Part shown: one piece after another, positions 25,160 through 36,914 of the stretch
Layout of the letters: each line of letters begins with the position of its first letter
Numbering within the stretch: the first letter of the stretch is position 1
From: Lama glama
Taxonomy: Eukaryota
Direction of reading: 5' to 3'
Assembly: GCA_028534125.1 (NCBI GenBank)
Contig: CM052818.1
Coordinates: forward strand, 42,844,001 to 42,908,000
DNA length: 64,000 nt
The notes under the pieces: model-generated
Told to the model about the DNA's origin: nothing
Seen by the model: the letters and a program-made list of their open reading frames with translations, nothing else
Databases searched by the model: none
Translations under genes and position numbers: made by a program

Positions 25160-25410
25160 CAGTAAGAGTCAGCGTGGAGTTGAAGAGCATGAGCCTTGGA
25201 ATCAGACAGATGGGTCGATTCAAGCCCAAGATTAGCCATTCCACTGCTGTAACCTAAGTGGTGGGTAATCTCCTCACGATCAGCCCACCTCCCTCGTCTA
25301 TAGAAGGGGGGCTGTGCTGCCTACCCAGTGGTTGATGTGAACCAGAAAGAGATGGTGGGTGTGATGCACTTGTCACACGGCAAACGCAGAATTCACGTTA
25401 GTTTCCTTTT
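25160..25410 (+). mobile_element. MIR SINE
   Basis: gagttgaagagcatgagccttggaatcagacag...tgtgaaccag...gttagtttcctttt. Confidence 0.65.
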
Positions 25411-26287
25411 CAGACGTTCTGTACATGCACTGATGGCTGCTGCATCAGAGTGCTTTTCCCTCCCGTGCAGAGGCATCTGCCCCTTCCCAGTCCCAAAGTG
25501 GGAAAATGTCCGCTGAGGGGGTTTCACAGCTGCCTAAAAGGCTAACAAGAACATAGTCCTCATACACTTATTATTCATGTACTCAACCTACTGACTCCCA
25601 GCAAGGTCCTCAGGTATGAGACCCAGGTTAATCGGAAATTACATTTCACGCTGAAACACTAACCAGCCTCTTGCACTGGATTAGAAAATAATCGTTGAGG
25701 CGATACATGAAGTCAGTAGTAGAGCTTCGGAGATGTTTTGTATTTTAGAAATTATAGATCCTTCAGATGCTTTGATGAAACATGTTTGATTCACCTATAT
25801 GGTCATACACCTCAGAAGTTTGTAGAACTGTTTTGTCTGAAAGCAATATATATCATATGTGTATACACGTGCCCACCTCTTCATCTGTATCTAATTTATC
25901 TGCGTCTTGTTTCTTTGTGAATAACATAGCTGTGTCGTATTTCCTTTAGACGGATCTCTGGAAATAAATGGTAGTCTGTTACCTACTAGCAAAATAATTC
26001 CAGGTGTATTTTATTTAAGGATTTCAGCTCTTCTCATCCAAAGTGAAACACAATGAACTGACCCTGGCGTTCTTTTGTTTAACAAACATTTATGACACAG
26101 GCTGCCTGATCCCCCAAGTCTGACTTCTTGGTCTCATTGAGCCTTAGGCAAAGCTAGAGGTTGAATATCAGTGTGGAGGGGATGTCATAGTCTAAATGAA
26201 GATGTTTAATCCAAAATTAATTGTTGGCCTAAGGAGGCAGCAAAGCCCCTGAATGGAATTGTGGAAAAAGAGAAAGGGAGAAGGAGG

Positions 26288-26592
26288 CAGCGGAATGCTT
26301 GCTTGTGCCCTCCCGGAGTCCGGTGCCGAAACCCTGAGCCCCTGGGTGGGTAATTAGATCTTGAAGGGGAGCCCTGCTGGTGACATTAGTGTCCTTATAA
26401 GAAAACAAACGAGAGTGCTTACTCACCCCCACCACCGCCATGTGAAGACAGAGCCGTGTGCAAACCAAGAAGAGAGCTCTCATCAGACCCAGCCAGGCTA
26501 GCATCCTGACTTCCAGCCTCCAGAACTGTGAGAAATTTCTGTCTGTCAGTCTGCGGTACTTTGTCACAGCAGCCTGGACTGACTGACTGACG
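26288..26592 (+). mobile_element. MLT1A-like LTR
   Basis: attagtgtccttataag...gccatgtgaagacag...gacttccagcctccagaactgtgagaaatttctg...acagcagcctggact. Confidence 0.85.
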
Positions 26593-27804
26593 GTGGGAGA
26601 AGTCGATGAGGGAGTAGTGTGTAAGATGGTGTAGATTAAGTGGTACAGATGGGTTCAAAGCATGAAGGGCCAATGCCTAAGACATAGTGTTTTTTAATTC
26701 CAACCACCAACTGGTCTTCACTGAGCACTACCGCATAGCAGGCTGGAGCTGCCATGTGAACACTGTCAAGGAATTCCTCGAGGAATTTTGTCCCTTGGCT
26801 GTGCCCATCCCGGCACTGTCCTGGACACAGCCCAAGGATTCTTCTTGCCTGGTGTACCAGGCTGGCCTACTTAATGCAATTTGATGCTAAGCTTTCACAC
26901 TTACCTCCTCTGTTTCTGATTCTTCATGAGAAATAGTCTGGCTAAAATTTGATTTGCCACGTAATTCTTCTACAGGGATAAAAGTATTTGTCAGAAAACA
27001 CAGAACAGCTGTTCTCTTTGTTGGTTGTAATTGTCACTGTAAATTAAATGAGTGGGGGTGGGTTCAGCCTTGACAGACTCTCTCTTTGCATCTTGGGTTA
27101 AAAAAAAAAATCGGGGGCTGCCCCTAGACTGGTGAGGGAAATGCACATTATGGGCACACAAGACCAAATACTTTTAAATACCTGGGCCACTCTTCTCCGA
27201 GAAATGGGAGACTCAGGCTTGAGTGGGAGAGTGGGAGGGCCCTGGGGAGAAGGTGGGGTGAGGTCTGGTCAGGACTCAGGGGGTGTCCTAGATCACAGAC
27301 TCATGGTGTGATTCTTGGCATATGGCTTAAAAACACGGTGCAACTGTTTCTGATCCACTCAAAAACAATCTCTAGTCCTAGTCCCGGGTCTTAACTAAGG
27401 ATATAAGACTAATTCATGTTAAGTAAAAAATAGTATGAAAATATGTAAAAAAGAATCACATTTGTGATCATTATCCCTCATAATGTATGTTAGAATCACC
27501 TGTTGTGAACTGTGAATTTTTAAAAAAATCACAAATAACCAGGTTCCAACTCAGACTTACTCAGTCATCTCCCCTTTGCCTTCACTCCGTCCAGCCCCCT
27601 ATACCGAAAATGTGTAGAAGTGATCTGAAAAAGAGGAATGGTCAGAAGAGATCACCCTGGGTTGCACACATGAGGCACATTTTCAAGTGGAGGCTGCTAG
27701 ATTGGGAGTCACCGGAAGGCGGCAAGCAGGGATCGTGCCCTGTCGTCTCCTTCTGTGCCCTTCAGCTGAAATGCTGCACTAGCCACTGTTAGACCCTGAG
27801 CGCA

Positions 27805-27990
27805 GGGTGATGGAGGAAGGTGCACTGACTGGAAGTAGCAGATGTGGTTGGGATTCCGGGGTTTTAGTCTCTACCACTGATAGCTATGTGACCTTGGGCA
27901 AGTCAGTTTCTCTCTCTGATCTTTGATTTCTTGGACTTGCAAAATGAGGCGATGTGATATAGTGAGCCTTAATGTTTTCCAAAGTACAGA
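27805..27990 (+). mobile_element. MIR SINE
   Basis: ctctaccactgatagctatgtgaccttgggcaagtca MIR core. Confidence 0.75.
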
Positions 27991-30479
27991 TTCTCAGGAG
28001 ACAGATCTGGGCTTGAATTCTGGTGCCAGTATTTATTTATGATCTCATGCAAACTCAGTGGCACCTAGTCTGTTAACTTCCTTCTGTTTTCTTCTCCACA
28101 CCTCCAAATTGTACTGTGCGTCTAACTGCAACATTTACTTCTAGTCTACCTCCTGCCTGTTTTGCTTTCAGTTAATTATCCAGAGGGATGATGAGTAAAT
28201 ATGTAATGAAAGGAGAGAAAACCTAGCTGTGTGATCAGATGCTTCTGGCTCTAAAAGATCTGAAAAATTCAACATCTTAAGACAGTGCCTATGAGGAGAT
28301 ATCGGCATGTTAACCACTCTGTCAAACTCAGTATAGTTTGCAAAGCACTTTCAGACATATGGTGTCATTTGAGCTTTGCAGCCGTCCTGAGAATCAGCCA
28401 GGCGCAAATTCATTTCCGCTTCTGCTGAGGGTGTATCTCAGGCCCAGAGACTGTAAATGACTAAGTCTTCCTTGCTTCTCGTTTATAACAACACTGACCA
28501 TTACTAGTAGTACAACGCATATGATGTTCTTCAGTGTTCAGAACTCTTTCTGTAGAATGTCATAGTGTCTTTAAATAGCACACTGAAGTAAAATTCAACT
28601 TTGCCAGCCTACTCTACAGCTGAAGAAACCCCATCTCTGAGAGATCAAATCATTGGTCCAAGTTCATGAGAATAGTAACAGATTCAACAATTCAGTTCTC
28701 TGAACTCTTTCCATCAGCACATTGGAAAATGTATTGACAGTTTCTTTAATTACTTCTGTATTTTCATAGACTCATAATCTTTCCTGAGAGCATTATTTAA
28801 TAGAACTGAGAGAAAGCAGATGACAAAGCAGAGGGGCTATATTTACTCGTACTTACTTCACGCTTCTTGGAAATACCAAGACCTACCAAGAGAAAGATCA
28901 TCTCATCAACCCAAAAGCTTCTTGTAATCAGTTCCATTCAATAACAAAGAATAGTTCCTGAACCTGGAGGTCACCAGCTGAAGTCTTTAGACGCAGGTCA
29001 TTTCTGAGTTACACGTCAGTATTACCCCACGTAGAGTGCCAGATTACTTCAACCTGATATTTTGACTTGCGTATGAACTCTGCGTGTTGTGTAAGTTATT
29101 GATCTGAATTGTGTGATGGCTACTAAATTCCAGTGTGACTTATAAAATTAAACCAAACATGCAAATTAGAGATTTCTATCCCAGGTTCAACCACATTTTC
29201 CCCTTGTCTCTAATAGAAGTAAGCTCGTTCATTGTAACATTTTCAGTTGCTCTTTTGTTGTTTCCCAACATATGTTATGATTAAAGTTTCTAAATTAATT
29301 TGGTATAGTCTTGCATCAAAATGTGTTAATGATCTGTCATATTTGTATTATACCTTGTCATTAAACATGGCCATGTGCATTAATTTACTTAACTCCTATA
29401 TATCTTGTGATATAGGGTAAAGTATAGTATGATTCTCCCTTTGCAAGTGAGAAAAAGTAAATTTAATATCATTGCTAATAGTAACTTGAGAAATGATGAA
29501 CTCAGTTCTAACTATAGGAATCATGCATTTTTTTTCACTCTACATATATGATATCTACTTTAAGATACCACTTTTTGGCTGCTTTTTATAATCAGTGGCC
29601 TTATCTTCAAGCCATTTGAGAATTATTAGGCATGTAGTATTTACCCAGAATGCCCAGTGGCTTAGAATAACTAGCTTTTGGTACAACTAAAAGAAACAAT
29701 GAGGATTTTTAAATGGTTTAGCAACTCTGAAAAGAAAAAATTATCTCAGTTCAACAGTGTTCCCTTGTGTTTGTGCATTTAATCCAGGTTCCTCTTTGAG
29801 TTTCTGTTGCTCAGAGAATTCTTTCTAATGCTCTTTGTCCTGCTTAAAGATGTATTTTGTTGAGTCTCCAAATAAGAAAAAAAATTTACAAAGAAGAAAA
29901 ACCTATTTACATGTTATGATTTATTGTCAAAATGGTTATACTGGTGAGTGGGGATTCATTCTAGTTTATGAATAATATATTTACACTATTATGTCTCCTG
30001 GTAAATTTATAAGATTGATGTTCAAAAAAGAGACTCTAAGCATGATAAATTGCTACCACATAAAGGTAGTCAGTCTGTATCAGCTTCTGTTCAAAATGAG
30101 CTAGAATGGTTGCAGGAATGCTGTGCGAGGCTTCCACTGTGCTTTCTGCTACACTCTTTCAGATCTTTCGGGAAAGAGAGATTGAGCATCAGACCCACAT
30201 TTTGTGATAACTTGGGTGGGCTCAGCAGCAGCATATGCTGGGACTTAATACAGAAGGAGAGGCAAAATCTATAATTCAGAACTGGGGCTTTTGGAGAAGC
30301 TGAAGGTTTGAAATGTCAGCCCTTGAACATGCATTGGATTCAAATCAGCAGTTAATTTCATCTAGATTCAAGCTGGTGTTAGAGACATGGACGTAGGTGG
30401 AGCCAGGCAGCATCGATTTTCTGTAGAGTGATGGACAAAAGGTTTCTTTTTGTAGCTAAAAGTAGTGTAGCATTCTGGT

Positions 30480-30950
30480 TTCTTCATTAAGCGTATGTTC
30501 ATTTAGTGCCTACAGCGAGTCAAACATTGCCATAGGCATTTGGATACATCAGAGCTCAAAATGGACGGGTCCTTGCCCCCAGGAAACTTAACATGCTTCC
30601 AGGTAAGAGACAGAAATAAATTAATAAATTAGTAAATATGTAGGGAGTCAGATGATGAAAATGACTGTGCTGAGAAGTAAAGCAGCATCAGAGAGATGGA
30701 GAGAGAGGGTGAACAGAGAGATGATTTGCTTTTTTCATTTTAATATTTGGGAAGACCTTGCTGATAAAGGAGTTTTTGAGGAAAAACATGGAGGAAGCGA
30801 GGGAGCAAGCCAGGTGGACACCTGCTGGGGGCATCCCAGGCAATGGAACCACGATCAGAAAGGCACTGGGTAGAAGAAGTGTGCTCAGCAGGTGTCAGAT
30901 GACTGGAGAGGAAGAAGCATCAGAAATGGAGGCAAAGGTGGACAGCAGTG
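30480..30950 (-). mobile_element. L2 fragment
   Basis: catttagtgcctac...ataggcatttggataca...ccttgcccccaggaaactta...gtttttgaggaaaaacatggaggaag. Confidence 0.7.
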
Positions 30951-31038
30951 CCTGCGTCTGCGGGGAGCTCTGGTGGATAATGGCAGGAAGGAGCTGAGGA
31001 CATCTGTGCACTGAATGTCCTGGAGCCCATTCTGAAGA

Positions 31039-31136
31039 CCTCTACTTCTGAGGCTGTGCTTCCATTTCTTTGATTAGTTGCCTGCTTCTGAGCCTGCTAT
31101 TTCCAAGAATCCTTCCTGAATCTGTCCCAGCCAGCT
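31039..31136 (+). repeat. ~100 bp direct repeat, copy 1
   Basis: cctctacttctgaggctgtgcttccatttc...gcttctgagcctgcta..caagaatcc..cctgaat..cccagccagct recurs at 31958-32059. Confidence 0.9.
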
Positions 31137-31957
31137 GGGCTCCACAGGGATTCAGAGTGATCACATCCTTCTGCATCACTTAAATATTTGTCTTGCTTCT
31201 GCTCTACCTGAGCTAAATGTCTCAGAAACATCCAAGAAATCCCACCAAATGTTCATCTTCTGTGTTTCGATCCTGGGTCACGTGGCCTCACCAGCCCCCC
31301 AGCTTATCCAGGTCAGTCTTCCTCAGCCTGCCCTTCTGCTCAAAAACTGGGTAAGCCTTTGAGCCTCCGGGCAGCTGAAACAAGATCTACTGTTTTTCAG
31401 CTTCTCACTTGGTCCCAACGTCTCTCTTCTTTCCTCAGTTTGGTCAGTTGATTAAAGATTTTATGAATATCCCTTCCGCTCCACCATGTCTTCAGAGACG
31501 TCTCCTTCCCACTGCCTCTGGGGTCATCTCATGTCCTACCTCCTTCTGACCTTGCAGGTGATCACAGGGTGTGAATCACACAGAATCTCTGCCCTCAAGA
31601 ATCCTTCAGAGAGAGAACACCTGCTCAACTCACTGATGTAAGTTGAGTGAGACCAAGATGCATGCTCTGCTGTTGGAGCAAATAAAGTGAGACTGGAGAA
31701 GACCTTTCTGCCACGGAAAGGTAATAGAGGCTCATGAAGAAAGTGGCCTTTGGTTTGGACGTGAATGATATTTCAGTAGGCAGAAGGTTGGGAAAAGCTG
31801 GGAAAATACATTCCATGCAGAAAGAGCTGCTCGTACAGATATATTTTCATGCCTTCCAATTTCTGCCATTCCCCTTATGACACTGTGTTATGGCCAAACT
31901 TACTTACATGTCTAGTCCTGTGTGGTATTTACTGATGATTTATTAAGCACACACCAG

Positions 31958-32059
31958 CCTCTGCTTCTAAGGCTGTGCTTCCATTTCGTTGGTTGCTTGC
32001 TTGCTTGCTTCTGAGCCTGCTACTTGCAAGAATCCTCCCTGAATACACCCCAGCCAGCT
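31958..32059 (+). repeat. ~100 bp direct repeat, copy 2, flanked by a taagcacac duplication
   Basis: Diverged copy of 31039-31136. Flanks are taagcacacacc (31944-31955) and taagcacacc (32061-32070). Confidence 0.9.
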
Positions 32060-32389
32060 CTAAGCACACCTTGATGCTGTGATTTCTTCACTGTTTGGCA
32101 CTGGGTGATACAGTTGCTGTAATTCTTTGCAAACCGTTCCCTCTGTGTGTGCTGCTGAGGAGAGCCAAGGGAGGTCATGGAAACCTGGATTCTGGTTCTG
32201 GTTCCTTCCTTCACTAACCTATGCTAAGTGCCAGGTTCCTCTTTGGTGAGGCAGCTCATGTGCCAAGACGTGGGAGATTATGTATCCAGTGTCCCCTTCA
32301 AATCTGAAAAGCAAGAGCCAATGCTTTTGACAAACTGCAATCATTTTGGAGTCGGAGAACGAGTTGTCTATTCCTCTTGGAGTTTGTGC

Positions 32390-32600
32390 ATTAGAGGCAA
32401 ATGGTGCTCTAGTCAGAGGTTTATACAGGTTTCGGATCTACTGTTAAATTTCTACGTGACCTTGCTTAAGTCTTTTCCACTTGCCTGTCTTTGGTTTCCT
32501 CATGTACAAATTAGTGACAAGAAAAGCTACCTCATACACTGAGGGGAGGATTAAATGAGATAAAGTGTAAAGATGCAGCGCACTGTGATAACTTTAAAAA
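32390..32600 (+). mobile_element. MIR SINE
   Basis: gtgaccttgcttaagtc...tttcctcatgtacaaa...acctcata...aggattaaatgagataa. Confidence 0.75.
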
Positions 32601-33512
32601 ATGTTTGAGTTACAGTCACACAAAGGCGCTGTTCAGCACTTGTTACAACTGAGGTTTCCATCTGGTTGGATTTGACTTAATTGTAACTATCAGCTGCTTC
32701 TCCATTGTCCGAAATGAAGGGTTCTTCTGTTTCAGAGACAGATTGTAATACATTTTAACTCCGTGGCAAGGCTGCTGCTGAGCTTGCAATCAAGGACATC
32801 CTGGAGAATCCATAATTAACTCAGCATTTAGTAGAATCTCATTCATACTTAGCGATATTTAGCACAGGGACATGGAGAGCTGGACTTGCAGTTCCAACAT
32901 TAAAAAAAAATTGACTCCATAAACATATCTAGAATCATTAGAAGAAGTTTTCAATAAATCATAATGAAATTTATTATTATTTCGCCATTAAGGCTAAATG
33001 GATTTGCAGATGGCTAAGGATCAGCTCGGCTCAACTCCTCCTGTGAAATTGTCCCTTCAGATCTGCCCACTGCGCTATACTCAGGAGTGATTTGCAGCAA
33101 ATTAGGTCAAGTGACTTCACATCACAACCTTCTGCCAGAGACACTTTCCCGATGGGTCCTGTTTCTTCCTGGGTCTTCAAAGTCTTCTTCTGTTTTTGTT
33201 CTGAATTTCAGAAGAGCTTAGGACAGTTTAGAGTAGTCCAATCAAATGTAATAAAGTTGATTAAGAAATGTAAACAAAATGAGCTTCTAGTCCAGAAAAT
33301 TAAAACGCGAGTAGCTTAGCAGTGAACATGCTGAAAGACACATTCATCAACATACATTAACCTACATTTATTTACGGAGTATCTGCTCTGCCTAGGAGAT
33401 CAGAATATGAGTAAAACCTGACCCTGGCCTTTAAGATATTCCTGGTCCAGCCACAGTGACAGGAGCTGGCCTTGTGCAGGGAGTGGATGTGAAGAACTTG
33501 AACCCTGGGAAG

Positions 33513-34289
33513 TGTATTAGGTTGCCGTGGCTGCTGTAACCAATTACTACCATTAGGGACTTAAAACCACACAGATTTACTATCATGATGGTGTATAGAT
33601 CAGAAGTCCAACTCGGGTCTCAACTGGGCTAAAATCAAAGTGCAGGTAGGGCTGCGTTGCTTTCTGGAGGCTCCCAGTGTCCAGAGGCTGCCCTCCTTCC
33701 TTGGCACACGGTCCCTTTCCTTCATCTTCAAAGTTCTGACCATTCTTCTACCTCTGCGTCACTCTCCCCTCCTCTCCTGCCTCCCTCTTTCACCTTTAAG
33801 AGTCTGTATTCATTTGCTGGGGTCACAGTAACAGAGTGCAAAGCTACAACCAACAGAAATTTATTGTCTTACAATCCTGGAGGCTAGAAGTGTGGGGTCA
33901 GGGTGTTGGCAGGGTTGGTTTCTTCTGAGGGCTGTGAGGGAGCATCTGTTCCAGGAGTTTTGCCTGGTTTCTGGTGGTCTGTTGGCCTTTTATAAGGGCG
34001 CCAGTTATATCTGGTTAAAGGGCCACGATATTTCAGTATGACCACATCTTAGCCTCTTCAATCACCCTACTTCCAAATAAGATCATTTTCTGAGGTCCTT
34101 GGGGTTAGGATTTCGATATACGGAACCTGAGGAACGCAATTCAGCCATCGGACCGAGGTAGCCCAGGATAATTTCCCCATCACAAGATCCTTAATTCAGT
34201 CATACCCACAAGGTAACAGGGAACATCCCTGCAGGTTCCGTGGCTCAGGATGTAGAGATTTTGGGGCGGCTGTTATTCTGTCTGCTGCA
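33513..34289 (-). mobile_element. MLT1D-like LTR (33513-33804 and 34150-34289) split by a nested MLT1
   Basis: Starts tgtattag, includes gggctaaaatcaa and ctttctggaggctc, and resumes after the insert at cccaggataatttccccatcacaagatccttaa...ttattctgtctgctgca. Confidence 0.8.
33805..34149 (-). mobile_element. MLT1B/C-like LTR nested in MLT1D
   Basis: Second tgtatt start; acagaaatttattgtcttacaatcctggaggctagaag...ttccaaataag...ttctgaggt..ggggttagga...caattcagcc. Confidence 0.8.
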
Positions 34290-34479
34290 GAAAGCTTCTA
34301 GGGTCAAGGTATGATTGAAAATCAAAAAGAATGAGTGGGAATTCATGAAACAGATTTTTGGTGGAGCACACTGCAGGCAGAAAGAGCTACAGCCCCGGGA
34401 TATTGTGGAAAACAATGGCGCATTCAGCAGACCACAAAGACACTTGCAGCTGGAAAGCGTTCCTGCTCAGGCTTCTTTT

Positions 34480-35900
34480 TACTCAGTCTGACCTGATCGA
34501 CTCCTCTTTCCATCTTAAAGCGCCTTCTCCAGGTTTCTATGACACCACGGTGGCTGGTTTTCTTTCAATCACCATCGCTGTTCCTTCACATCCACTCCAG
34601 AGGTGGCAGATCACAGCTGCTGGCCAAATTCTGCTTCCTGCCTCCTTTTGTAAATCAGGTTTTCTTGGAACACAGCCATGCCCATTTGTTTTTATTTTGT
34701 CTGTGGCTGCTTTCAAAATACAATAGCAGAGCTGAAGCGGGAACAGACAAGACAGTCCAGCCTTTTTCAGAAAAAGTTTCCCAATCTCTGGTTTACTTTG
34801 CTGGATTCTTCCCCCACCCCTCGCTTTAGAGGGCCCAGAATTCAGTCACGTTCAACTTCTCTCTTCCACTCCCATTCCTGAAGCGATTGTAGTCCTTCTA
34901 TCTTTACTGCCTTCCTGTTGGTGACAGATTCATGTGACCAGTTCTGAGCCCTCCGCGGTGAGTTCCGTACACAAATATCAGATAGCCTTCTCAACGCTTT
35001 CACTTGGATAGTTAATGTGTATCCAAAATTTAAGGCTTCCAGAAAACCCTTGGAGTCTCCCAGACACCCTAATCTGCTCCTCCCCTAGTCACCGCAGTTC
35101 AGCACTTCAAGTCAAACAGCCTTGATTCTTCTCTTTCCTTCAACTCCACCCCCAATCCACGAGCATCCCGGTGAGCACTACGTCTAAGATGTTCCCCGAA
35201 TCTGAACCCTTCTCACCACCTTACTGCGTCTGGCGCTGCCAGCCCCGCGCACATCAGCGTCCCTTACCTGTGCCACTGTGATGACACCTCCGGTTCTCCT
35301 CGCTTCTGCTCTGCAGTAAATTCACTAACCAGCAGCCTAGTGATCTTTTTTAAAGTAAATCTGTTTCTTTTTTTTTTTCTCTGCCATGGATTCCTATCTC
35401 AAAAATAAAAAAAATCAAGTTTCTATGCCATGGCTGATAGGACCTACGTGGGTCTGTGGGGTTTGGTCTCAGTCTACCTTTCCTACCTGCCCTCCCTGGC
35501 TCATTGTGTCCCTGCTCCCTTGGCCTTCATTCTGTGGCTTGAACACACCAACTGCACCTCCATCACTGGATCTTTGTGTAGGTGTCCTTCCGACTGCAGG
35601 AACTCTTTGCCCTGTATTTTCACATATCTCGCTCACTCTTATCACTGTGACCTCAACTTAAATGTCACCTCCTCAGAGAGTTCTCCCCTGACCATCCTTG
35701 CTAAACAGCACCTTCCCCGCACCCTCAAAGCCTTCTCTCTCATCTCATTTTTATAAATTTTATTCATAGAACTTTTCATTTTTCTGAATTCGTCATATTT
35801 TATTATTGCTTACCTATTCCACCAAACTCATTCCTCCCCCTCCTCTTCCCACAACACTGGGAATCAAGCTCCATGATGGCGAAGGACTTGGTCTTGATTA
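34480..35900 (+). mobile_element. L2 (L2a-like) long fragment interrupted by MER58
   Basis: ggtttctatgacaccac..ctggttttct, ccttgattcttctctttcct, aaatgtcacctcctcagagag, aagctccatgatggc. Confidence 0.75.
34598..34790. mobile_element. MER58A-like hAT-Charlie MITE
   Basis: cagaggtggca...ggccaaatt...ttttgtaaat...ttggaacacagccatgcccatttgttt...tggctgcttt...cagaaaaagtttcccaatctctg. Confidence 0.85.
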
Positions 35901-35949
35901 GCAAAGATATCTTGGAAGAGGTGACACTGGAGCCTCCCAGGGGATGTTT

Positions 35950-36870
35950 CCTTATTCATGCACAGATGTGCATATGAATGAATACTTTTACTTTTTTTTT
36001 TTCACTATATGTTGTTAAGTCATCTTTTCATTCAGTGATTCAGTGTTGCTGATACTTCTGCATGTTAACAAGTATATTTTCAAATTGTATGTAATGGCCC
36101 CAGACATTTTCTGGATATACCACAATTTTCTTAACCAGTCTCCTACAGATGAACACTTACTCTTCTGGTCTTATAAACACACATGATGGTGTTCACTGAA
36201 TGCATTTTCAATGCTTGTGGTTTTTTATAGGGCCAACTTTTGGTCAGTATTCACAGTAGGACAAGGCTTGAAATAATAGAAAATTTGTACCAAATTGTAC
36301 ACAACTGACCAGTTTGTACTACTCAGTAAGGACCAGGATGTGCCTCAAGTCTCAGCCTCCTTGGCTGTCCAGGCCTCTCTGTCAGGACCCTTCAGATCTT
36401 CCTCACAGCCTGGAACTTGCAAAGGTCCGTCCTGGACTCAGCAGGGTCCCTCCCAGTCACATGCTGTGACAGGTCACTTCCACACCATTCACTGTTGTGA
36501 CAGTTCTGAATGTTTGACTATAAAACGTGTGCTACTGTGGCCTTAAAATTAGATAGAAAGCTACGCACATTACTTATTTGGATTCATACTACAGAAGTTC
36601 TTTCTAGAAAGTGTGTTTCAGTTGAGCCTTTATGAGTCCTGAGGCTGGAAAGGCTATTTAATTATAACTTCACTAATATGAGGCATTGCCAGTCTTTAAT
36701 TTTTGTGAATCTTATTGGGGAAATGCAGTTCATTTTCGTTTTACTTGCATTAGTTTGGCAATTGATCAATTGAGCATCCTTTTGTATGGTTATTGGTTAT
36801 TAATACTCCTTTTTAAAGAGAAACTTTCTGCTTGTGTGATTTGCCTTCTTTGGACTTTGGAAATTTGAAA
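35950..36870 (-). mobile_element. Very old L1ME-like fragments
   Basis: ccacaattttcttaaccagtctcctacagatgaacactta; ttttacttgcatt...ttgagcatcctttt. Confidence 0.55.
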
Positions 36871-36914
36871 TTATTTCTTTCTCTTTTGAGTCAGGATTTT
36901 TGAGGTATAGTTAT

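Noticed and set aside
26772..26787. 16 bp perfect palindrome aattcctcgaggaatt (also a 14 bp one at 39175-39188)
   Set aside because: About one palindrome of this size is expected by chance in 64 kb.
30585..30610. Recursive splice site-like CAG|GTAAGA
   Set aside because: Poor polypyrimidine tract and embedded in an L2 fragment.
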